DNA of 64,000 nt from Candidatus Multivoradales bacterium (GTDB lineage: Bacteria; Acidobacteriota; Thermoanaerobaculia; Multivoradales; JAHEKO01), in assembly GCA_965223155.1 (NCBI GenBank), contig CBDCVR010000013.1, positions 1,056,001 through 1,120,000 of the forward strand, in the 5' to 3' direction. Shown piece after piece: positions 55,359 through 64,000 of the stretch. The notes below the pieces were generated by a model that saw only the letters and a list, made by a program, of their open reading frames with translations, ran no database searches and had not been told where the DNA came from. How positions within the stretch are numbered: the first letter of the stretch is position 1; each line of letters begins with the position of its first letter. The position numbers and the translations under genes were made by a program.

Positions 55359-55560
55359 TGTTCCCGGCTTGGGCACCCGCGAGCCACGCAAGCGAACACC
55401 GCGAACCGGGCTTGCGGCAAGCTTGGCAGAGGCGCTACCAAACTTCAAGCGGACACTCTCGGTTCAGCCTCTTGTTGCTCGTTCCACAGCGCCACGACGG
55501 CCTACGGCGGATACTGACGTGCTGGGCTCGACAATCCCGAGGCACGTAGCCCTAGCAGCC

Positions 55561-58500
55561 ATGACCGAGAACGTAACACCGACCGCCGATGGACGCAGGG
55601 GCCGCGCGCCCGGCGAAGCTTCGATTCTGCTGATCACGGCGGACCTGAAGACCCGGGCCCTGGCGGAGCCGGCTCTTCTGGACGCCGGCTTCCAGGTCCT
55701 GACAACCGCCAATGCGGGCGAATCTCTGGAGCTGGCCGAGCAGATCTCGCCCGACGTCATTCTGCTCGACCTTCTGGTCAACGACACCGACGCGCTCAGC
55801 CTGCGTCAGACACTGCGCCGCCTGCCTCCGTGCCAGAGCACACCCGTCTTCGTGCTCTCGGACCTCGTCGACCGCGGCCTCGTCGCCCAGGTCTACAAGG
55901 ACCCCTTCTCGGAATTCCTGCCCAAGCCGGTCAACTGGCTCGTCCTGCCCCATCGCCTGCGGCAGGCCGTGGTCGTGGGCCGGTCGGTGGCGGCGCTGCG
56001 CGAATATCAGCGTTCGCTGGAGCAGGCTCAAGATGCCGCCCGCTCGGCCAGCACCGAGGCCCTCAAGCTACGGAGCTTCGACCAGCTCACCGGCCTGCCG
56101 AACCGGGCAACCTTCACCGAGATCGTGGCTCTGGCCGTGGCGCAGATGCGGAACCGCCGGGGCGAGATCGCGGTGCTCTTCATCGACATCGACAGTTTTC
56201 GCGAGCTCAACGACTCTCTCGGCCGCGAGGGAGGCGACGTTCTGCTGCGAGCCATCGCCGGCCGCCTCCAGTCCACGCTCGAACAGCAGATCTCGAGGCC
56301 GGACGAAGTGGGTTCGGGCGCCCGCGGCTCGCTGGCCCGGATCCAAGCCGACGAATTCGCCATCCTCTTGGACCAGATCGAAGACGTCGCCCATGCGGTC
56401 CGCCTCGGGGAAGAGATCCTGGCGGCCCTGACCGCACCGTACGGCATCGGGGGCCGCGACGTCTTCGTGTCCGCCAGCATGGGTATCGCCGTCACCTCCG
56501 ACGCCGAGGGCGAAGCCGTCCTCCAGTGCGCCGAAACCGCGATGCGCCACGCCAAGCGCGACGGCGCTCACTCCATGCGCGTCTACACCGACGAGATGCG
56601 TAGCGAGGTCGAGGAAAAGATCGCGCTCCAGGAACGCCTGCGCCTGGCCATCGACAACAACGAGCTTCGCCTTCACTACCAGCCGATCGTGGACAGCAGA
56701 ACCCGCCGCATCAAGGCAGTGGAAGGCTTGGTGCGCTGGACCGACGCCCAGCGCGGACCGGTGCCGCCGGACGTTTTCATCCCGATCGCGGAGGAAAGCG
56801 GCCTCATCACCCGCATCGGAGATTGGGTCCTGCGCGAAGGCTGCCGGCAGCTGGCCGAATGGCGGGATGCCGGCATCTCCGGCCTGCGGCTCGCCCTCAA
56901 CATCGCCAGGCCGCAACTCGAAGAGGCCGCGTTCGTCGACAAGGTACAGGCGGCCCTGGCATCGAGCGCCATCGAACCGGCAAGCCTGGAGCTCGAGCTG
57001 AGCGAGCGTGGCGTTCTCCGTGACGACCCGGCGACGCTCGACAAGCTGGCCCGGCTCGAAGAACTGGGCGTGAGTCTCGCGATCGATGACTTCGGTACCG
57101 GCCAGACGACACTTGCCTATCTGCAACGTTTTCCTTTGAGGGTGCTCAAGATCGACCGGTCCTTCGTGTCACGAGTGGCGACCGACCCGGCCACCGAAGC
57201 GATCACCCGAGCCATCATCGCCATGGCCCACGAGCTCCAGCTCCGGGTGGTCGGCGAGGGCGTGGAAACCGAAGCCCAGGAGTCGATCCTGCGCAAGCAG
57301 CAGTGCGACGAACTCCAGGGCTTCCTGTTTCACCGCCCGGTGAGAGCCCGCGAGCTCCAGGTGCTGATCAACGACCGGGCGCCCGAGGCGGAGACGCAGA
57401 AGGAGAGGCCGGAGGAGATCGGACTGGAAGTCGAGCCGGAGCCGGCGACGGAAACGGTTCTGGGGCCCTCGTCGAGCCCGCACTCGCTGGTGCCAGCGGC
57501 CCGGCACGATCCAGACTCGGAGCCCTTCCCAACCGCCGAGATCCTGGCGATCGGCCCGGAAGCGGAGGACGAGCTCTTCCGTATGGCCCACGTCGACTTC
57601 CTGACCGATCTCCTGAACCGCTATTCCTTCGAGCGCTCGCTCGAAGCCACCCTCGCCCGGGCGCAGCGCTTCGGACACCGGGTGGCGCTGTTGCTCTTCG
57701 ACCTGGACCAATTCAAGGCGATCAACGACACCTTCGGTCACGCCGCCGGCGACGAACTGCTCAAAGTCATCGCGGCGCGGCTCAAGCGGAAGGTGCGCAA
57801 GGTGGACGCACTGGCCCGGCTAGGCGGTGACGAGTTCGCCCTGGTTCACAGCGAGTTCCGGGCCCTGGACGGCCTGGGAACGCTGGCTCAGAGACTCGGT
57901 GAGGAGATCTCGAAGCCCATCCGGCTGGGCTCGAGCGAGGTGCGGATCACGGCCAGCATCGGCATCGCCGTCTTTCCGCCCGGCGACGCCGACCCCGGAC
58001 GCTTCTACCGGCAGGCGGACCTGGCGCTCTACAAGGCCAAGGAGGAGGGCGGAAACCGCTTTCACTTCCATGCCAGTGAGATGGACCGGCAAGTCCAGAT
58101 CAAGCTCCAGCTCGGTCGCGACCTGCACGGCGCCACCGAGCGGGACGAGCTGCACCTCGTCTTCCAGCCCCAATTCGCGCTCGCCACCCGCGCCATCTCG
58201 GCAGTCGAGGCCCTGGTTCGCTGGAACCACCCGAGCCGCGGAATGGTACCTCCGGGAACCTTCATCCCGATCGCCGAGGACAATGGCGAGATCATCCCGA
58301 TCGGAGAATGGGTCCTCCGCAACGCCTGCGCCGAAGCCGGTTCCTGGCACCGGGAGATAGGACTCGAGATCCCCGTGTCGGTCAATCTCTCCTACGTCCA
58401 GTTCCGGCTCCAGGAGTTCCCCAACTCGGTACGCCGCATCCTGGAGGAAACCCAACTGCCGGCCCACCTGCTCGAGCTGGAGCTCAATCAGCGCATGCTG

Positions 58501-58926
58501 CTCCGTCTCGAGAGCGATCTGGAGCGACTCGTCCGGGGTCTCGAAAGTCTGGGCGTCAGCCTGTGTATCGACGACTTCGGTACCGGCCCCTTTTCGATGG
58601 AAGACCTGAGCCACCTGCCCTTTCGCAAGCTCAAGGTCGATGGCCGCTTTGTCCGCATCCCGGACGAGGACGGCAAGTGCCCGCCGCTCGTAAGCGCCAT
58701 TATCGCCCTGGGCAAGAAGCTCAACCTCGGAGTGGTGGCCGAGGGTGTCGAGACCCAAGCCCAGCTCCGGGCGCTCCAGGACGAACAGTGTGACTTCGCC
58801 CAGGGACACCTCTTCACCCGGCCCATGTCCGCGCCCGAGATGCACGCCCGGCTGCTGGGAGTAGGGCTGGCCCGGCGAACCTCCCGCGCCGACATCCTGC
58901 CCTTTCCCAACGATCTCTCGTCCTGA
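55561..58926 (+). CDS. REC-GGDEF-EAL-GGDEF-EAL c-di-GMP signalling protein
   Basis: REC-like N-terminus (PDVILLD..FLPKP); QADEF plus EGL/DDFGTG; GGDEF plus EAL/DDFGTG. Start uncertain (ATG 55561 chosen). Confidence 0.92.
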   Translation: MTENVTPTADGRRGRAPGEASILLITADLKTRALAEPALLDAGFQVLTTANAGESLELAEQISPDVILLDLLVNDTDALSLRQTLRRLPPCQSTPVFVLSDLVDRGLVAQVYKDPFSEFLPKPVNWLVLPHRLRQAVVVGRSVAALREYQRSLEQAQDAARSASTEALKLRSFDQLTGLPNRATFTEIVALAVAQMRNRRGEIAVLFIDIDSFRELNDSLGREGGDVLLRAIAGRLQSTLEQQISRPDEVGSGARGSLARIQADEFAILLDQIEDVAHAVRLGEEILAALTAPYGIGGRDVFVSASMGIAVTSDAEGEAVLQCAETAMRHAKRDGAHSMRVYTDEMRSEVEEKIALQERLRLAIDNNELRLHYQPIVDSRTRRIKAVEGLVRWTDAQRGPVPPDVFIPIAEESGLITRIGDWVLREGCRQLAEWRDAGISGLRLALNIARPQLEEAAFVDKVQAALASSAIEPASLELELSERGVLRDDPATLDKLARLEELGVSLAIDDFGTGQTTLAYLQRFPLRVLKIDRSFVSRVATDPATEAITRAIIAMAHELQLRVVGEGVETEAQESILRKQQCDELQGFLFHRPVRARELQVLINDRAPEAETQKERPEEIGLEVEPEPATETVLGPSSSPHSLVPAARHDPDSEPFPTAEILAIGPEAEDELFRMAHVDFLTDLLNRYSFERSLEATLARAQRFGHRVALLLFDLDQFKAINDTFGHAAGDELLKVIAARLKRKVRKVDALARLGGDEFALVHSEFRALDGLGTLAQRLGEEISKPIRLGSSEVRITASIGIAVFPPGDADPGRFYRQADLALYKAKEEGGNRFHFHASEMDRQVQIKLQLGRDLHGATERDELHLVFQPQFALATRAISAVEALVRWNHPSRGMVPPGTFIPIAEDNGEIIPIGEWVLRNACAEAGSWHREIGLEIPVSVNLSYVQFRLQEFPNSVRRILEETQLPAHLLELELNQRMLLRLESDLERLVRGLESLGVSLCIDDFGTGPFSMEDLSHLPFRKLKVDGRFVRIPDEDGKCPPLVSAIIALGKKLNLGVVAEGVETQAQLRALQDEQCDFAQGHLFTRPMSAPEMHARLLGVGLARRTSRADILPFPNDLSS

Positions 58927-59115
58927 ACCGGCCGAGCCGGCCCGCAACGCACCGGCAGCCTCCGCGCCGCCGGCCTTTGCAAGCTCGGCCTGACCACGGG
59001 TACGCTGGGCACCGAACCCGCAGATGTGTCGGCGGCGGCTGCGGCAGGCGATTGTCGCCCGCAGCGCCCGCCCAGACCGACGCGATTTCGACACGATCTC
59101 TGAAAGGAGTCGAAG

Positions 59116-60768
59116 ATGGAGTCCAAGCTCGTTCCGCCCACCGTCAAGGCCACGGTGCTGGCGCTTACTCTGATCGCCGGTTCGGGAATCGGCACCTGGG
59201 CCGGCGAACCGGCCGACGACACCGAGCTCGCGCGTCTCTTCGCAGACTGGCGCGCCTTTGAGAAGCCCAAGCTCCGGGACGGCGCTCCCGACTACGGCGC
59301 CGAGGCCATGGCCACCAAGCACAAGGCGCTGGCCGGATACCGGGACCGGCTGGAAGCGATCGACGCCCGGGAATGGCCGATTGAGGACAAGGTCGATTGG
59401 CACCTGCTCCGGGCCGAGATGAACGGGCTGGACTTCAATCTTCGGGTTCTCAGGCCTTGGGCTCGAGACCCGGCCTTCTACACCTCGGTCTGGACCTACC
59501 AAAGCGACACGCCGGCGCACGAGGGACCGACCCACCACGCCCTGGTCGAGCTCTGGACCTACGACTTCCCGCTCTCGGGCGCCGCCGAGGCCAAGCTGGC
59601 CGCCGAGCTGGCAACCATCGAGCCGCTTCTCGAGCAGGCGCGGATCAATCTCGTCGGCAACGCGCGCGAGCTCTGGGTCGCCGGCATCGGAGACCTCCGC
59701 GGCCAAGCGCGGAACCTCGAGGACCTGACCCAGCGCGCGGAAGACGCCGGCACGGAGCTGCGGCAGGCGATCGCGCAGGCGCGCCAGGCGACACTCGACT
59801 TCGTCGATTGGTTGGAAGAGCAGGCGCCGACCAAGACCGCTCCTTCGGGCATCGGCAAGGACAACTACACCTGGTACGTCCAGAACGTTCACCTGGTGCC
59901 CCTCACCTGGGAGGACGAGGTACGGCTCCTCCGGCGCGAGCTCGACCGGGCCCACGCCTCGCTTCGACTCGAAGAGCACCGCAACCGCAACCTGCCCGAG
60001 CTCGTGCCGATCGCCGGCCCCGAGGAGTACGAGGAGCGGGCCCGCGCCTCGGTCGACAAGTACCTCGAGTTCCTCGAGCGGGAGGACGTGCTCCCGATTC
60101 ACGACTACATGAAACCGGCGCTTCTGGCCCGCACCGGGTCGTTCGTTCCCCAGGAACGCCGCAACTTCTTCTGGACCTGCGTCCACCTCGAGCCGATGAC
60201 GCTATGGACGCACTTCTACCACTGGTGGGATCTGGCCCGAATGGAGAAGACACCTCATCCCAGCCCCGTCCGGCGCGGTCCGCTCCTCTACAACATCTTC
60301 GACAGCCGCGCCGAGGGTATGGCGACGGGGGTCGAGGAGATGATGATGCACGCGGGGCTCTACGACGACAATCCGCGCGCGCGCGAGATCGTTTGGATCA
60401 TGCTCGCCCAGCGCGCCGCGCGCGGGCTGGGCTCGCTCTACGTCCACGCCAACGAGATGACCATGCAGGAAGCGCGCGACTTTCACGTTGACTGGACGCC
60501 ACGCGGCTGGATGCGCGAAGACCTCGATCTCCTGGGCTTCGAGCAACTCCTCTACCTGCGCCAGCCCGGCTACGGGACGAGCTACGTCTCGGGCAAGTAC
60601 CTGATCGAGCAGCTCCTGGGCGAACGAGCGCGCCAGCTCGGCGACGACTTCTCGCTCTCAGGCTTCTACCAAGACGTCGATGCCCTGGGCGTCATCCCGG
60701 TCTCGCTCATTCGCTGGCAACTCACCGGGCTGGACGACCAGATCGAGGCCCTGATGGGCGGCTCGTAA
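59116..60768 (+). CDS. Secreted DUF885-like protein
   Basis: Signal peptide and AGGAG RBS. IDAREW..DWHLL, PWARDP.FY, AEGMATGVE, QPGYGTSY.SGK resemble the DUF885 family. Confidence 0.7.
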   Translation: MESKLVPPTVKATVLALTLIAGSGIGTWAGEPADDTELARLFADWRAFEKPKLRDGAPDYGAEAMATKHKALAGYRDRLEAIDAREWPIEDKVDWHLLRAEMNGLDFNLRVLRPWARDPAFYTSVWTYQSDTPAHEGPTHHALVELWTYDFPLSGAAEAKLAAELATIEPLLEQARINLVGNARELWVAGIGDLRGQARNLEDLTQRAEDAGTELRQAIAQARQATLDFVDWLEEQAPTKTAPSGIGKDNYTWYVQNVHLVPLTWEDEVRLLRRELDRAHASLRLEEHRNRNLPELVPIAGPEEYEERARASVDKYLEFLEREDVLPIHDYMKPALLARTGSFVPQERRNFFWTCVHLEPMTLWTHFYHWWDLARMEKTPHPSPVRRGPLLYNIFDSRAEGMATGVEEMMMHAGLYDDNPRAREIVWIMLAQRAARGLGSLYVHANEMTMQEARDFHVDWTPRGWMREDLDLLGFEQLLYLRQPGYGTSYVSGKYLIEQLLGERARQLGDDFSLSGFYQDVDALGVIPVSLIRWQLTGLDDQIEALMGGS

Positions 60769-60858
60769 GAGTCGATCCGAGGAGCCGTTCGGAGAGCAGT
60801 CTAGCCCGGTTACCGATCGCGGGGCCGCAAAGGAAATCGGGTCGGGAACCATGGTGCA

Positions 60859-60945
60859 TGGTGGAGGTGGATGGATTCGAACCACCGTAGGGCGTTGCCC
60901 GGCAGATTTACAGTCTGCTGCCTTTGTCCACTCGGCCACACCTCC
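60859..60945 (-). tRNA. tRNA-Tyr (GTA)
   Basis: Cloverleaf with long variable arm; gcaga-ctGTAaa-tctgc; encoded CCA. Confidence 0.97.
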
Positions 60946-60986
60946 GTATTGTCAAGCTACCTCCGACCGTGCCCGGATGCGGAAGC

Positions 60987-61062
60987 TGGAGCCGGCACCC
61001 GGATTCGAACCGAGGACCTGCTGATTACAAGTCAGCTGCTCTAGCCCCTGAGCTATGCCGGC
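60987..61062 (-). tRNA. tRNA-Thr (TGT)
   Basis: Cloverleaf; gctga-ctTGTaa-tcagc; encoded CCA. Confidence 0.97.
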
Positions 61063-61085
61063 GGGCACGAGCGCCGCGAGGCGGG

Positions 61086-61114
61086 AGTCTATGGCCTCGG
61101 GCGAGCCGGCGCAA
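61086..61114 (-). promoter_or_regulatory. sigma70 promoter TTGCGC-17-TAGACT with a GC-rich discriminator, upstream of tRNA-Thr(TGT)
   Basis: Minus strand TTGCGCcggctcgcccgaggccaTAGACTcccgcc. Confidence 0.6.
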
Positions 61115-61136
61115 GGACTTGGGCCGTCCCGGCCGG

Positions 61137-61880
61137 CTAGGTCGCCGCGTGCCGCTGGCGTACGGCCTCGTAGAGCAGCGCCGCCGCCGCCGAAGCAACG
61201 TTCAGGCTGGCCACGCTGCCTAGCATGGGCACCGACACCAGCCGGTCGCAGGACTTCCGGGTCCGGGGCCTCAAGCCCTTCTGCTCGCCACCCAGGACCA
61301 GGCAAAGCTGGCCGGTCAGGTCCACGTCCCAAACGCGATCGCCGGCCTCTCCGGCCGCGCCATAGACCCAGAAACCGGCCTCTTTCAGCAGCGCGATCTC
61401 CCGCGCGGAGTTGGTGATCCGGCGCAGATCGAGCTGGGAGGCGGCGCCGGCCGAGGTCTTGACCGCGGCCGCCGAGAGCGGCGCGCTGCCGCGGTCGCGG
61501 ATCAAGACCGTATCGACACCCGCCCCGTCGCACACCCGCAAGATGGCTCCCAGGTTGCGCGGGTCCTGGACGTCTTCGAGGAGCACGACGAAGTCGCTCT
61601 CCGAGGCCTCACCGGAGCCCTTGATCGAGCTCTGGGCCGCGCCCTCGGCAGCTTCGTCCACGATCGCCGCGAAGCCGTTGTGGACGGCCGCTTCCGTGAG
61701 CGCGTCCAGCTCCTGGGGATCGACGGCTACGACCGGAACGCCGGCGGCGGCGCACAGCTTCTGGATCTCATCCGCCCGGGCACTCCTGGCTCCTCGGGCG
61801 CCGGTCGCGATCAGCACCCGTTCCAGCCGGCGCCGGCCGTGCCTGAGCGCCTCCCGAACCGGATGGTAGCCGTGGATCAT
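61137..61880 (-). CDS. rlmB: 23S rRNA Gm2251 methyltransferase (TrmH/SpoU family)
   Basis: IHGYHPVREAL; QDPRNLGAILR; GGEQKGL; SLNVASA. Confidence 0.92.
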   Translation of the reverse strand: MIHGYHPVREALRHGRRRLERVLIATGARGARSARADEIQKLCAAAGVPVVAVDPQELDALTEAAVHNGFAAIVDEAAEGAAQSSIKGSGEASESDFVVLLEDVQDPRNLGAILRVCDGAGVDTVLIRDRGSAPLSAAAVKTSAGAASQLDLRRITNSAREIALLKEAGFWVYGAAGEAGDRVWDVDLTGQLCLVLGGEQKGLRPRTRKSCDRLVSVPMLGSVASLNVASAAAALLYEAVRQRHAAT

Positions 61881-61919
61881 GACCCGGCCGCGGCCCGCCG
61901 GGGCCGGCGGAGGTCCGCC

Positions 61920-62474
61920 TCAGCCCGCGAGGATGTCCTCTTCCTTGGTCTCGAGCGACTTGTTGACCTCGCCGATGTAGTGATCGTGCAGCTTTTGCAT
62001 CTCGTCAAAGCCGCGATGCTCGTCGTCCTGCCCGATCTCCTTGTCCTTCTCCATGCGCTTGAGCTCGTCGTTCCCGTCCCGCCGGCACTGGCGAACCACG
62101 TTGCGCGCCGCCTCGGCAAGGTCATGAGCCCGCTTGACGATCTCGCGGCGCCGCTCTTCGGTAAGAGGCGGCACCGGGATCCGGATGGTCTTGCCGTCGT
62201 TCGACGGATTCAGCCCCAAATCGGATTGCAACAGGGCCTTCTCGATCGATTCGATCGCCGATGGATCGTAAGGCTGGGCAACGATCAAGGTCGCCTCCGG
62301 CACCGACAGATTGGCAAGCTGGTTGAGCGGCGTGGGGCTGCCGTAGTAGTCCACCTGAACTCCGTCCAGCATCAGCAGCGAGGCCCTGCCGGTACGCAAT
62401 TGCTTGAGCTCACCGTGGAAATGGTCCACCGCGTGCTTCATCTTGACCTCGATCTCGCGAAACAACTCTTGCAT
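61920..62474 (-). CDS. frr: Ribosome recycling factor
   Basis: LRTGRAS; YYGSPTPLNQLA; PPLTEERR. Confidence 0.98.
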   Translation of the reverse strand: MQELFREIEVKMKHAVDHFHGELKQLRTGRASLLMLDGVQVDYYGSPTPLNQLANLSVPEATLIVAQPYDPSAIESIEKALLQSDLGLNPSNDGKTIRIPVPPLTEERRREIVKRAHDLAEAARNVVRQCRRDGNDELKRMEKDKEIGQDDEHRGFDEMQKLHDHYIGEVNKSLETKEEDILAG

Positions 62475-62538
62475 CCTGCACCTCCGCCGGCGAAACGCTA
62501 CGCCAGATCCTAAGTTTCGCGCCGACCCGCGCGAAGTG

Positions 62539-63279
62539 TCAAATTTCAGCCGGCGCCGATTCGCCTTCGACCCAGGAGCCGATGCGCTCGCCGGCAACGA
62601 TCCGACGGATATTGCCCCGCTCCATCAGGCGAAAGACGGCGATGGGAATGGAGTTGTCCCGGCACAGGCTGATGGCCGCGGCATCCATGACCCGGAGGTT
62701 CCGCTCGAGCACCTGCTGGTAGGAAACCTCGGGCATGAGCTCGGCGCTCTCGTCCCGCTGCGGATCGGCCGTGTAGATGCCATCGACCGAGGTCGCCTTG
62801 AGCAGCACCTCGGCGCCGATCTCGTTGGCCCGAAGCGCCGCCGCGCTGTCGGTCGTAAAGAACGGGTTGCCGGTGCCGGCGGCGAAGATGACGATCCGGC
62901 CCTTCTCCAGGTGGCGGATTGCCCGGCGCACGATGAACGGCTCGGCGACGTCCCGGATGTCGATGGCGGTCTGGACCCGGGTGGTCGCGCCGCGCTTCTC
63001 GAGCGCGTCCTGGAGCGCCAGCGCGTTGATGACCGTCGCCAGCATCCCCATGTAATCGCCGGTAACCCGGTCGATCCCTCGGTGGCTGGCCGCCAGCCCG
63101 CGGATGATGTTGCCGCCTCCGATGACGATGGCGATCTCCACACCCAGCTCGTGCACCTGGACGATCTCATCGGCGATCGAGGCCACGATGGGCTCCTCGA
63201 TACCGAATCCCTTGTCCCCCATCAGGGCCTCTCCCGAGAGTTTCAGGAGAACCCGTCGGTACTTGGACTCGCCGGCCAT
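62539..63279 (-). CDS. pyrH: UMP kinase
   Basis: [11 protein letters not shown]; [10 protein letters not shown]. Confidence 0.99.
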   Translation of the reverse strand: MAGESKYRRVLLKLSGEALMGDKGFGIEEPIVASIADEIVQVHELGVEIAIVIGGGNIIRGLAASHRGIDRVTGDYMGMLATVINALALQDALEKRGATTRVQTAIDIRDVAEPFIVRRAIRHLEKGRIVIFAAGTGNPFFTTDSAAALRANEIGAEVLLKATSVDGIYTADPQRDESAELMPEVSYQQVLERNLRVMDAAAISLCRDNSIPIAVFRLMERGNIRRIVAGERIGSWVEGESAPAEI

Positions 63280-63291
63280 CGCGCCTACAGT

Positions 63292-63942
<651 letters not shown>

Positions 63943-64000
63943 CTGGATCTCCTATTGCTCATCCCGCCGCCCGACTGACTTCGGACCTGGCACGGGGTGT

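Noticed and set aside
55359-60858. Active integrative element or prophage at tRNA-Tyr
   Set aside because: No integrase, transposase or att-like duplication was seen, and composition looks similar to the host.

Overview
A high-GC (about 65-70% by eye) bacterial chromosome segment, most likely from Acidobacteriota. That call is an inference from the VWA-family gene, the Cys-rich insert in RpoB and the LexA type. Positions 1-22 kb are an accessory/regulatory region. It holds a minus-strand cluster (PP2C, DnaJ-TPR, two LRV-like repeat proteins, RodZ), a giant GreA, an amidase/ECF sigma/anti-sigma operon, a probable CC-adding enzyme, a PilT with a coiled-coil tail and lexA. It also holds a bactofilin-methyltransferase-M16/M16 operon, EF-G2 and an M50 protease that seems to start at CTG. 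Then comes an ~860-bp non-coding repeat structure: four 14-bp repeats followed by four ~202-bp units, each folding as a ~133-nt rod-like hairpin. Positions 22-55 kb are the minus-strand translation/transcription superoperon (tuf-tRNA-Trp-secE-nusG-rplKAJL-rpoBC, then str-S10-spc-alpha). It carries two apparently identical tuf copies and has unusually high TAG stop usage. In 55-64 kb the Thr-Tyr-Gly-Thr tRNA cluster is split by two plus-strand genes (a REC-GGDEF-EAL-GGDEF-EAL protein and a DUF885-like protein), and tsf-pyrH-frr-rlmB lies upstream of it. No CRISPR array, transposase or integrase was seen. All calls come from manual reading, with no database searches.
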